The translations under genes and the position numbers were made by a program. Shown one piece after another: positions 26,662 to 44,523 of a stretch of 64,000 bases of DNA (positions are counted from its first letter, which is position 1; every line of letters begins with the position of its first letter). The DNA is from the human T2T-CHM13v2.0 reference genome, Homo sapiens: the NCBI RefSeq assembly GCF_009914755.1, contig NC_060932.1; one strand, 5' to 3'. The notes under the pieces were generated by a model. The model was given only the letters and a program-made list of their open reading frames with translations. It was not told where the DNA came from and made no database searches.

Positions 26662-27685
26662 TGTAGGGGTGGCCTGCCCCTCCACACCTGTGGGTATTTC
26701 TAGTTGTGTGGGGCGAGAGACTGAGAAAAGAAATAAGACACAGAGACAAAGTATAGAGAAACAATAGTGGGCCCAGGGGACCAGCACTCAGCATACCAAG
26801 GACCTGCACCGGCACCGGCCTCCAAATTCCCTCAGTTTTTATTGATTATTATTTTCATTATTTCAGCAAAAAGGAATGTAGTAGGAGAGCAGGGTGATAA
26901 TGAGAAGGTCAGCAAAGAACATGTGAGCAAAAGAATCTATATCATAATTAAGTTCAAGGGAAGGTACTATGACTGGACGTGCATGTAAGCCAGATTTATG
27001 TTTCTCTCCACCCAAACATCTCAGTGGAGTAAAGAATAACAAAGCAGCATTACTGCAAACATGACTCGCCTCCCACCTAGGGCGGTTTTTCTCCTATCTC
27101 AGAATTGAACAAATGTACAATCGGGTTTTATACCGAGACGTTCAGTTCCCAGGGGCAGGCAGGAGACAGTGGCCTTCCTCTATCTCAACTGCAAGAGGCT
27201 TTCCTCTTTTACTAATCCACCTCAGCACAGACCCTTTACGGGTGTCGGGCTGGGGGACAGTCAGGTCTTTCTCATCCCACGAGGCCATATTTCAAACTAT
27301 CACATGGGGAGAAACCTTGGACAATACCCCGCTTTCAAGGGCAGAGGTCCCTGCAGCTTTCCACAGTGCATTGTGCCCCTGGTTTATTGAGACTAGAGAA
27401 TGGCGATGAATTTTACCAAGTATACTGCTTGTAAACATTTTGTTAACAAGGCACGTCCTGCACAGCCCTGGATCCTTTAAACCTTGATTTCATACAACAC
27501 GTTTTTGTGAGCTCCAGGTTGGGTCAAAGCGGCTGGGGCAAAGTGGCTGGGGCAAACCTACAAATTAACAACATCTCAGCAAAGCAATTGTTTAAAGTAC
27601 AGGTCTTTTTCAAAATGGAGTCTCTTATGTCTTCCCTTTCTACATAGACACAGTGGCAGTCTGATCTCTCTTTCTTTTCCCTACA
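26662..27685 (-). mobile_element. HERV-K (HML-2) solo LTR, LTR5A/LTR5B-like
   Basis: Minus strand tgtagggaaaagaaagagagatcag...cccacaggtgtggaggggcaggccacccctaca; 1024 bp; TATA-like tataaaa ~27126-27132; AATAAA 26838-26843; TSD gtccac/ttccac. Confidence 0.95.
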
Positions 27686-28814
27686 TTCCACTTCTCATAT
27701 TGAACCTGAAACCTCATGGAACTTACATTCTTGTGAGGAGATAGACAAGAATGTAAGTAAGTAAGAGCAAATAAATATTTAAATGCACACTTAGAGCTAT
27801 GAGGAAAATAAAAGACGGTAATGCCATCTCTAAGGAAGGAATAAGAATCTCCCTTTCCTAACTTATTGTGTGTTTACTGTTGGTGTATCATGGTTGTTGT
27901 CTTTTCAAACCTGAACTCTCCTCTAAGTGTCTGCACAATGCACTTTGATATTCTGTAGTATCTTACAAGAACCTGTCTGCCCAAGTACACTGAGATTTCA
28001 GAGGGCAGAATCCATATCCTCCACATCTTTTATCTGCTCCCATGTCACCCAGAACAGGCCACACAGCAGGATTTCAATTACTATCTGGTTGATGGGTCAT
28101 AAAAATAACTTAGAGCACATGCGTTACTGACAACCAGTCAGAAGCATCGTCTGTGAATAAAAAGATCACACATAGACAGTAATGAATCCAAAAATGAAAA
28201 TGCAGACTATCAAATTTAACAGAGATCTGTGCCTGGCCCTTGAGTGGTTCAAATAAAAACCTATGAGGCTATAGGGCAGTATCACTCTTATATGTAATTT
28301 GAATGTATTGTCTTTAAAGTACACATGTGACTTAGTAAGAATCTTAATTTTCAAAGACTATGGAAACCTACAGAAAGTGAATTATGTACAACCTCTGATT
28401 CTATAACTTCCATTTTCTGTTTTATGATGGCCTTACAGGAGATAATAATTGCTATCATTAGAAAAAGTATATTTTTAAAAATAAAATGTTAATAAATTCC
28501 CTTACAATACTAGAAAACGTATTTTTAAAATGTTTATTTAGGTCATCTTTGATTTTTCTTTATTCATCAGCATTTTATAATTTTCGGTATACAGATGTGG
28601 CCATGTTTTGTTAGATTTATATGTAACTATTTCATTTTCTCTGGAATAATTATAAATGGTATTTTATAAGAACTTTCAGTTTTACATAGTCATATGGTAT
28701 ATAGAAATACAAGTTATTAAAATAACAATAGCCAGATTATGTTGCTACATGTTTTGTATTAATATTACAGGTTAAGATTAGGACAATAATCTTTCTTTTA
28801 TAAGAGACTTTGTT

Positions 28815-28960
28815 AGCCATGCGTGGTGGCTCAAGCATGTAATCCCAACGCTTGGGGAGGCCAAAGGTGAGAGGATCGCTTGAGGCCAGGAGTTTGAGAC
28901 CAGCCAGGGCAACAGAGTGAGACTCTGTCCCTACACAAGGTAAAATAAAATAAAATAATA
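28815..28960 (+). mobile_element. FLAM (Alu monomer)
   Basis: Single Alu arm with A-rich tail; TSD aagagactttgttag / aagagatttgttag. Confidence 0.85.
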
Positions 28961-29254
28961 ATTTTAAAAAGAGATTTGTTAGTGTACAAGATGGCCCAAA
29001 TCTTACTCATTTAGTAATATCAATTTCCTGCATTATTCACAACTAGCATTCTGGAAGAAGCCAGTCACAAAAGTCTACATATACAGAGGGAATAGCTAAG
29101 GGTACAAAGTTTTTCTGGGTCGATGAAAATGTTCTACAGTTGACCGTGGTGATGGTTGCATATATGTGTGGAGGTACAAAAAACCATTGAACTGTACACT
29201 TTAAATAAGAGAACCATGTAGCATGAATTGTATCTTAATAAAGCTATTTTTTTA

Positions 29255-31392
<2,138 letters not shown>

Positions 31393-31408
31393 ATTATTTT
31401 TTAAAAAA

Positions 31409-32439
31409 GGGGGGGGAGGAGCCAAGATGGCTGAATAGGAACAGCTCCAATCTACAGCTCCCAGTGTGAGTGACGCAGAAGATGGGTGATTTCTGCATTT
31501 CCAACTGAGGTACCGGGTTCATCTCACTGGGGAGTGTCAGACAGTGGGTACAAGACAGTGAGTGCAGCGCACCGAGCATGAGCCGAAGCAGGGTGAGGCA
31601 TCGCCTCACCCGGGAAGCACAAGGGGTCAGGGAATTCCCTTTCCTAGTCAAAGAAAGGGGTGACAGATGGCACCTGGAAAATCAGGTCACTCCCACCCTA
31701 ATACTGTGCTTTTCCAATGGTCTTAGCAAACGGCACACCAGGAGATTATATCCTGCGCCTGGCTTGGAGGGTCCTATGCCCACGGAGCCTTGCTCCTTGC
31801 TAGCACAGCAGTCTGAGATCAAACTGCAAGGCAGCAGCGAGGCTGGGGGAGGGGTGCCCGCCATTGCCGAGTCTTGATTAGGTAAACAAAGCGGCCAGGA
31901 AGTTCGAACTGGGTGGAGCCCACCGCAGCTCAAGGAGGCCTGCCTGCCTCTGTAGACTCCACCTCTGGGGGCAGGGCATAGCCAAACAAAAGGCAGCAGA
32001 AACCTCTGCAGACTTAACTGTCCCTGTCTGACAGCTTTGAAGAGAGTAGTGGTTCTCCCAGCACACAGCTGGAGATCTGAGAAGAGACAGACTGCCTCCT
32101 CAAGTGGGTCCCTGACCCCCGAGTAGCCTAACTGGGAGGCACCCCCTAGTAGGGGCAGACTGGCACCTCACACAGCCGGGTACTCCTCTGAGACAAAACT
32201 TCCAGAGGAACGATCAGGCAGCAACATTTGCAGTTCACCAATATCTGCTGTTCTGCAGCCTCTGCTGCTGATACCCAGGCAAACAGGGTCTGGAGTGGAT
32301 CTCCAGCAAACTCCAATAGACCTGCAGCTGAGGGTCCTGACTGTTAGAAGGAAAACTAACAAACAGAAAGGACATCCACACCAAAACCCCATCTGTAAAT
32401 CACCATCATCAAAGACCAAAGGTAGATAAAACCACAAAG
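31409..32439 (+). promoter_or_regulatory. L1 5'UTR internal promoter (YY1 motif) and antisense promoter region
   Basis: caagatggc YY1 motif at 31423-31431; promoter roles are established L1 biology; activity of this copy untested and many CpGs are decayed. Confidence 0.6.
31682..31864 (-). pseudogene. L1 ORF0, truncated at 60 codons
   Basis: MAGTPPPASLLPCSLISDCCASKEQGSVGIGPSKPG...IRVGVT then TGA; matches primate antisense ORF0. Confidence 0.85.
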
Positions 32440-33451
32440 ATGGGGAACAAACAGAGCAGAAAAACTGGAAACTCTGAAAATCAGAGCACCTCTCTTCCAA
32501 AGGAATGCACTCCTCACCAGCAACGGAACAAAGCTGGACGGAGAATGACTTTGACAAGTTGAGAGAAGAAGGCTTCAAACAATCAAACTACTCCAAGCTA
32601 AAGGAGGAAGTTCAAACCCATGGCAAAGAAGTTAAAAACCTTGAAAAAAAATTAGATGAATGGCTAACTAGAATAACCAATGCAGAGAAGTCCTTAAAGG
32701 ACCTGATGGAGCTGAAAACCATGGCATGAGAACTACGTGACAAATGCACAAGCCTCAGTAGCCAATTCGATCAACTGGAAGAAAGGGTATCAGTGATGGA
32801 AGATCAAATGAATGAAATGAAGCAAGAAGAGAAGTTTAGAGAAAAAAGAATAAAAAGAAACGAACAAAGCCTCCAAGAAATATGGGACTATGTGAAAAGA
32901 CCAAATCTACATCTGATTGGTGTACCTGAAAGTGATGGGGAGAATGGAACCAAGTTGGAAAACACTCTGCAGGATATTATACAGGAGAACTTTCCCAATC
33001 TAGCAAGGCAGGCCAACATTCAAATTCAGGAAATACAGAGAACGCCACAAAGATACTCCTTGAGAAGAGCAACTCCAAGACACATAATTGTCAGATTCAC
33101 CAAAGTTGAAATGAAGGAAAAAATGTTAAGGGCAGCCAGAGAGAAAGGTCAGGTTACCCACAAAGGGAAGCCCATCAGACTAACAGCTGATCTCTCAGCA
33201 GAAACTCCACAAGCCAGAAGAGAGTGGGGGCCAATATTCAACAATCTTAAAGAAAAGAATTTTCAACCCAGAATTTCATATCCAGCCAAACTAAGCTTCA
33301 TAAGTGAAGGAGAAATAAAATCCTTTACAGACAAGCTAATGCTGAGAGATTTTGTCACCACCAGGCCTGCCTTACAAGAGCTCCTGAAGGAAGCACTAAA
33401 CACGGAATGAACAATCAGTACCAGCCACTGCAAAAACATGCCAAATTGTAA
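32440..33451 (+). pseudogene. L1 ORF1p, disrupted
   Basis: ATG GGG AAC AAA CAG at 32440; frameshift ~32490-32510; TGA 32727-32729; RRM/CTD segment open (32793-33410); frameshift ~33405. Confidence 0.95.
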
Positions 33452-33499
33452 AGACCGTCAAGGCTAGGAAGAAACTGCATCAACTAATGAGCAAAATAA

Positions 33500-36980
<3,481 letters not shown>

Positions 36981-37440
36981 ATAGTGGCTGTCTCTGAGGG
37001 GGTCACAGGAAATGGCTGAGAAGGAGCCTGAGGGAAATTTCTAAGGTGATGGTTAATGCTCTTCTGTTGATACAGATGGGGTGTATGTGTTAATCAAAAG
37101 TCATTGCATGTTACATTGAAATTTTGTGAATGTAACAGAATATAACGTTTACCTCAAGAACGACTAAGAGATATGGAATCTACAGTAAGAATTAACTGAA
37201 TAAATATTGAACTCTAATGATAGGCATACCGAATGAAGTATTTAGGGGAGAAGTGCAGTCTGCAATTTACTCTGAAGTGCATTAAAAATTACAATGAATA
37301 TACAGACAGGTAAATGGTTAGGTGGTAAAACAAATTTCAAAATATTAAATATGGAATCTAGGTAGTGGGTGTATTAGTATTTGCTATAAAATTCCTTCTG
37401 TCTTTATGCATCTTTATGCAATTTTACATGATACAGTGAT
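36981..37440 (+). mobile_element. Ancient L1 (L1ME/L1MC-like) 3'UTR fragment
   Basis: gagggaaatttctaaggtgatgg, gaagtatttaggggagaagtg, ggaatctaggtagtgggtgtat motifs. Confidence 0.6.
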
Positions 37441-38059
37441 GGAGGAGGTTAGCTGATACTCAATAAACATTAGTTAAGTTGGATAATAAAAATGGCATGG
37501 TATCATAGACATCTAGTGGTAATTAATTAATTTTTTCCAGCTCCCCACCGAAAAAGTTATTTTCATCTATTGGAAACTTTTCTGACACTGACAAGCACCT
37601 TAAAACAATGACTTGTCTATATTGCTTTTATTTGTAATAGAATGCTTCAGGAATGTTCAGGCAATAGCCAGAAGACAGTGAGGCAGTGATTATTCTTAAT
37701 TCCACCAGGATATAATGATTTTTGACTGAAATTTTTCCAAAAATGGGACATAGTAATAATTGTTGGACAAGGCCCAGGATAAGAATGAATTCTCATACTA
37801 AGAGCCAAACATTTTAGCCAGATAACTGACACTTAGGCCTAGAAATAATTTATCAACCTTTTTGAAAGTGCAGAACCATATTCTCTCAAATTACAGAATA
37901 GTATACTTAATAAACAGTCAGCTCAAACATAAAACAGTTCCTTGATTTAAATAAAGCCAATTTTATTTTTTCTTTAGGAGCAGGTGGACTTTGACTATTT
38001 TACCTCTTTTGGTAACTGTACTTAACATTCTACAAGTCAGGAAATTTTATTCTCTATTA

Positions 38060-39930
38060 GATTTATGAATCGGGCACCTAGCAAAAGCAAAAATAAATCT
38101 TCTCTAGAGAAATATAACTTTATCTTAGACCTCAAAGAATTATTTTAAAAAATAAATATATTCATACTTATATACATACATACATATACAGATTACAATC
38201 GAAAAACACAAAACACAGAGGGAAAAAAATAATCGAAATTCAGCAGAAAATGTAGACATTAAAAAACAGATATACAAACACTTCAGATAAAGGAATTATC
38301 TGAAGAATTAAAAAAAAAACTCTGCTTGTTTTATTTAAAGAAATGGAAATCAAACTTGAAAATATTTGCAAGAAATAGGAAAATATATTAAAAGGTACCA
38401 AGCAAATGTGAAAAAGAACAGAATGAAACTTCTAGAAAATTGTAGCAATTGAACTTCAAAACAAAACAGATGGGTTTAAAATTAGAGTACAGAGAGCTAA
38501 AGAATAATTAGTAAACTGGAAGATACAGCAGAAGAAATTACCCAGAATGAGGAGAAAGACAAGGAAAATAAGAAAGACTAAAAGACATAGAAGCTATAGT
38601 GGGAAAGTCTAGCAAATATTTTATCAGAGTCCCAGAAGAATAAAACTGTCATTACTGGATGATATAATTGGTTTTGTGGAAAATCCATAATAACCTAAAT
38701 TAGATTTATAATAATCAGAGAATTAATAGCAGGGTTGCTGGATATAAAATAAATAAGCATTTGCATTTCTACATTCCAACCAAAAAAATTACAAAATGTA
38801 AGCATAAAAACATCATGTACAGTAGCATCAAATGTATGAGGTCATTAAGTCTGTCCTAAATTATGCAAGACCTTTATAAAGGAAATTACAAACTTTATTG
38901 AAGAACACTAAAGAAGACCCAAATAAATGAAGGCATATACCATGGATTTGAAAACTAAATAAAGATTTCAACTACTCTCGGTTTTAATCTGAAATCCACA
39001 AGTGAAATCACAATCACAATCCCAAGAGGTTATTTTTGCAAAAATCTATAAAGAGATCTAAAATTTTTATAGAAATGCAAAGGTGCAAAGGACCCAAAAT
39101 AGCCAAAATAATTTTTCAGAAAAAGAACAAAGTTGGAAATCTTATATACAATATTTATTATAAAGCTACAGTAATTAAGACCACGTGGTATCAGGGCAAG
39201 GATAGACAAATAGACCAATGGGATATAATAGAGTCCCATAACAAGCCAAGACACATATGGACATTTGGTTTATGACAAAGGTAACACTGTACAACAGTAA
39301 GGGAAACAGTCTTTTCAATAAATGGCGCTGTGTCAACTGATTACTCATATGGGGGCAAGGGGAGGGGAGAATCTTGACCTTAAACAAAAATCAATTCCTG
39401 ATGAATTGTTGATCTAAATAGGAAAGGTAAAGTGTAGAAAAATATCTTCATAGTATTTTGATAGGAAAGAACTTCTTAAACAAGACACAGTAAGCATGAA
39501 CATAAAGGGAATGATGAATAAATTATATTACATTAAATGACAAGTTGAAAGTCTAAACTTACCAAAAGCCACCATCAGGAAAGTGAAAAAAAAATCACAA
39601 AGAGAAGGTATCCAGAACACCTATAATTGACAAAGGACTACTATCTAAATTGCAATTTTTTTAACTTCTGAAAATCACTTAAAAAGGCAATCCATTCAAA
39701 ATGTCCCAAAGACTTTGAGTGGGCAATTCAAAAGAATATTCAAATAGCCAATAAACCTATGAAAATATTCAATTTTCTTGTTACTCAATTTCATTAGTAA
39801 TAAGAAAATGCAAATTAAAGCAATTATGGAATATTACTGCATATCCACCATCAAAATCTGACATTATATGGGTTTTTCGGGAATATGGTTCATTAGGAAA
39901 TTTCCTACATTGTTCTCAGGCATATAAATC
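38060..39930 (+). mobile_element. Ancient L1M ORF1- and ORF2-derived fragments
   Basis: Peptide [17 protein letters not shown]...[12 protein letters not shown]...IDQWD (39036-39275); ORF1-like gaactggaagat/gaaattacccagaat segment. Confidence 0.7.
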
Positions 39931-39938
39931 TCTAACTA

Positions 39939-40147
39939 CAGTTCATTCTTTTTATTTACAATTGTTATATTCTATGAAGTTGCCACAAACACTGAATTAA
40001 TCAATATTAAACCATTGCTCTTAGGGGAAACACAGGGTTAGATTTCTCAGAGGCTCTAATCACATTTTCATCAATCAATCAACATATACCCTTGTTTTAT
40101 GTGATTTTCTGTTTAAAGACAACTTATTTAATATATACTGTTGATTT
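39939..40147. mobile_element. Tigger-family DNA transposon fragment (MER82-like), one end only
   Basis: ta-cagt terminus; aacactgaatta...ccattgctcttaggggaaacacagggttag; truncated at ~40147. Confidence 0.6.
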
Positions 40148-40284
40148 CTAAACCTCCCAAGTAGCTGGGATTACAGGCACCTGCTACCACACCCAGCTAA
40201 TCTTTTTTGTATTTTTAGTAGAGACGGGGTTTCACCACGTAGCCTTCAATCCAATCAAGTTGATACTCAGTATTAACTATCACA

Positions 40285-41091
40285 GCACATAATTCCCTCA
40301 AATGCAACCTTTATCCCTCTGCCCTATCAGGACTGCAATGGCTATTAGTTAACAAAAACCCATTTTCCTCTCTCTCCAAAACCAAACACCTTTGCCTCCT
40401 CCCTCACCAGCATTCCCTATCAGGCCTTCCCAGGGGCTACCCTTGCTAGCAGCTATTCAATTTGGAAAAACAAAAAGTTGGAACAAAAAGTTTGTCCAGG
40501 ATTCAACCCCCAACTTCTCAAGGCTTGCTACCTTCAGTGTCAAATTTTGCCTGTCAAACCCCGGTCTTTTCTGTGTGAAACAAACGCTTTTATCTTTGCC
40601 TGCAGGCAGGTGGGTCAAAAACATACACCCTGGTGTTTCAATCTGTAAACATTAGACCATTCAGGCTCCTTTAGTAATCCCTATTTCCTCCTTCTCCACA
40701 CACACCAAGCAAACTATACACTTCATTCCCCTGTTGGCAGGACTAAACATCTCTGCTGCACTCAGCATTGGGACAGCAGGTTGCCCCTTTCTTAGAGCCC
40801 CTAATCTTCCTCCTCCTAATACTAATAATTAGCTAATGTATACTCACCTTCATATCCTGCTTTATCTCCCAAAGGCTGAACTCCCTTGTCCAGACAGCCA
40901 CCCAGAAACACAGTGATACCACCCTTCTCTTCCACCAAGTCCAGTATCAGCGCCTCCAGGAAAAGAACTCTGAAGTCAGACACCCACTGCTTCAAAACCC
41001 AAACCTTGATTACAGAGCCCCTATTCAGCAGGAAGCAGCCAGACAATCAACAATTCCCCTCTTCCTTTTATACTAAAGTAGAAGGCTAGAA
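40285..41091 (+). pseudogene. ERV1 (HERV-F/H-like) env remnant with polypurine tract
   Basis: From 40701: HTKQ/TIHFIPLLAGLNISAALSIGTAG (decayed cleavage site + fusion peptide); then PFLEPLIFLLLILIIS*CILTFISCFISQRL (TM anchor); APIQQEAAR terminus; PPT aaagtagaaggctagaa 41075-41091. Confidence 0.8.
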
Positions 41092-41488
41092 TGTTAGTCC
41101 AAACTGTACCATTTTGTAAGCCCCCTGCCATTCCTCAGACCTTGGTCAAAGTGAAACATCCCACGGGGGTTCGGGCCGTGAGAAACACCCTGCCTAACCA
41201 CCTGACCACAAGCCGGACAAAGCCCCAACTGAAGAAACATTCTTATCATACCCTACCAGGCAAAGGTCCGAGGAACATCCTATCACATCCCACCTGAAAA
41301 GGGCCCAAACCACCTGATCATAGGAACATCTTATCAATATCTTGCCGGGCAGCAAGCCATACTGCCTAGACCCCTCCCGCCCATACCGATAAATACCCCA
41401 GCCTGTAAGCAGTGGTGGGCTCTGGCATTAACCTGGTCCCCCACTTCCGCAGGTGTCTGCAATATACCTGTGTTATTGTTGAGCCACC

Positions 41489-41519
<31 letters not shown>

Positions 41520-41567
41520 TGTGTGTGTGTCTTTCTTTAACCCTCGCCTTCCCTTCAAAACCTAATA
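41092..41567 (+). mobile_element. ERV1 3' LTR (possibly MER83-like) with an internal (GT)n
   Basis: tgttagtccaaactgtacc start immediately after the PPT; ends aaaacctaata. Confidence 0.75.
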
Positions 41568-42203
41568 GATGGGACAAGACCTACCTACAGAGACTTAAAA
41601 AGCCTTTCCTAATGTTTAAAAGATTACCACCTAAGAGCATACATTAATTCACTAGACTTTTCCTAATATTATACTTGGGTTAGAAGGGCTTTATCACATT
41701 GCTAGAAGAAAATAATTGATGAATAGAACATATCTACACCCATCCATGAAAATGGAAGTTACCAAATGAGGTTATATTGGTCAGTCTAAGAGCCTTTTGG
41801 CTTAAGCTCACACATGCGAATCACAGCAGTCATTAAACTAGCCAAAACCATAATCTCAACTCCAAAAGTTAATGCATGAAATTGCATCTGACAGAATTAT
41901 CTAGAACCTTTTATCTAGAAGCATACTACTGAGAGCTCTAAGCACCCTAGATAACAAACATCAAAAGTAGAGCTGTCTGAACAACAATGTCAAAGCCCCA
42001 AAGGGTAAAACAAAATAATCCTCACAGTAACCAACTTCTCTTTAGGGTAAGTGACAGGAGTCTGACTTGGTTTTTGCTCATGATATTCAGTAGAGAGGAC
42101 TTTCATCTATTCATCCAGAAGTTCACCTCTGCCCCTCTAGAGATGAGTGTCCTTGAACTAAACATGTAACTTCTCTTGTCTCTAGTTTTCTCATATATGA
42201 TAC

Positions 42204-43248
42204 TGAGAAACAATAAAATCTTAAATCCCCCAGCCCTCTTGAATGAATGAATGAATCCTCCAACCCTCTTGGCCAAGAAGACCCCAGAGGATCTTAAAAC
42301 TGAGTTCCCAGCCCTGAGAAAATGAGAGATTGAACACACCTCTTACACACCCCTCTCGCTAATGGCCCTTAGGCTTTCTTCCCTAAAAGTTAAGTAGAAA
42401 CCAGCCCTTTTGAAAGACTCTCTCCACTGCCTATATCAACCAACTTCCTGATGCTGCCCCTTCCTCTTGCGTTCTCCACACCACAATCCACCAGCATTCC
42501 TTCCTGATGAGAGACCACCAGCCACACTGTTTCTGGGCAGTTTACAGAGGACATGCAATGAGGGTTTTTGTGTCCTCTGCTTCACCCTTTGATGTCAGAG
42601 CACCAAAAATTCCATCTCTGGATCATACTAAGGCCGCAATTTTTTTAACCTATAACCCACGGAAAGGCATGAAGTTCCATTGCGCATGTGCATGTTTCTC
42701 CCTTCATAAATATTCCTGACTCCTTGGCTCATGCCTGTAATCCCAACACTTTCGGAGGCCGAAGGGGGCAGATCACCTGAGGTCAGGAGCTCGAGGCCAG
42801 CCTGGCCAACATGGTGAAGCCCCGTCTCTACTAAAAATACAAAAATTAGCCGGGCATAGAGGCACATGCCTGTAATCCCAGCTACTTGGGTGGCTGAGGC
42901 AGGAGAATCTCTGCAACTCAGGAGGCGGAGTTTGTGGTGAGCCAAGATGGGACCACCGCACTCCAGTCTGGGCGACACAGCAATACTCTGTCTCAAAAAT
43001 AAATATAAATAAATAAATAAATAAATATTCATGACTCCTCCTACAGCTTATTGAATATGTATATTTGGCCACCCTGTCCTGCATAAATCCCTGTCTTACT
43101 CTTCCAACCCTCAAGGTGTCTGTTTCCTGCTGGAGACTGGAGGTTAAGCTTCCTAGCCTGTCAGAATGGCTGCTCTGCGGGCTGCAAACCTTTATAAGAA
43201 ATGAAGCTTTCCTTTCTAAATTTGAATTTCATCTTTCTTCAGTTGACA
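42204..43248 (+). mobile_element. ERV1 solo LTR (possibly MER72-like) interrupted by an Alu
   Basis: tgagaaacaataaaatc...cttcagttgaca; collinear with 56577-57567. Confidence 0.75.
42725..43022 (+). mobile_element. AluS (AluSx-like)
   Basis: Dimer with (TAAA)n tail; TSD ataaatattcctgactcct / ataaatattcatgactcct. Confidence 0.92.
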
Positions 43249-44304
43249 TGATAGAAGTTTCAGGCCAGCAGATCTCTACATTCCTTTCCAGTGCTAAGAT
43301 TCTCTGAAACCTAGACCCATGTGTTTTTAAAGAAGGAGACCCCTTCTCCTTGACTCTCCACCTGCAGATGCGTCTGCATTTAAGTGATACATGACCTGAC
43401 AACCAAAGGAAATTTTAGGATCCAAAAGCAATCGGAATCTCAAAGAAATTATTCTAATTATATATAATATCACCTTATGTAAACTGACTTTAAATGGAGG
43501 TTGTTATCCATATATCCCTCGGCATGGAAAGCAGAAACCCAGACCTCAGGGGACCAAAAGGGAGATATGATTAAGTTGAAAGAAAACCTCATATTTGATG
43601 TATAATCACTTTTTACAAAGTTTCTGAAGGGTCTTTTTTCCAACCTGCTTCTCGATGTCCCTTCTGACACTTGGCAGAGGAACTCATTTGGCTTCCAGAA
43701 GTATAGGCTGACATTTGTAATCCATGTTTCCGATTATAATGCTAAATGTGAAGAAATAAAATCAATGACCTTTGATTTAAGTAGATCCATAAGCATATCC
43801 AGTTGCCTGGTCTGCCTACCACAACAGCTACAGATTACAAGTTTCACCTTAGCCCTTCAAAAGCATTAGTAGAGTGATTAGGTCAGAAGCCTCAACAGCT
43901 AATGGCTTACTGCATCACTTTCCTGTTAGCACTGGCCTGTGGGTTCTGTGCCACAACATTGGGTCTAGGTGAAGAGAAACTGACCCTGAAATGCAATCTC
44001 TGACCTTCACAGCCTAGCGGAACTAGCAAGTACAGAAGAAGTGATTTTTTCAGGGCCTATGTGGAGATTGATGTTAAATCTACTTTGCTGTTTTAATGAA
44101 CTGTTAGAATTGAGGATCAAATGATTTCATGAATTCTTTGGACTTGTTGAGATCATATCTCCTCAAATTTGAAACTCTTCATCACACTAAGCCCAACTCC
44201 CTTCCAGAAGTTACCTATCCTAAGAAAGTCTTGATGGGATTCTTTATTGTACTAAAGAGAAAAGATATTCTGGATGGAAATTCCTTAGCTTCAATTGCAA
44301 GAAT

Positions 44305-44523
44305 GATGCTAGCTAACAACCACTGAGTGCTTACAATGCCAGGAACATAGTGTTTTACACGCATTCTCTCATGTAAAACTTGTAACAAGTCCAAGTGGTT
44401 GATACTATTGTGAATCCTCACTTTGCAGATGAGGACACTGAAGCACAAAGAGATTAAGTTATCTGCCCAGGATCACATAGGAAGGAAGTGTTGAGTCTGG
44501 GACTGGAGCCCTGGCATCCAGAC
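44305..44523 (-). mobile_element. MIR
   Basis: ctttgcagatgaggacactgaagcacaaagagattaag...tgcccaggatcaca. Confidence 0.75.
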
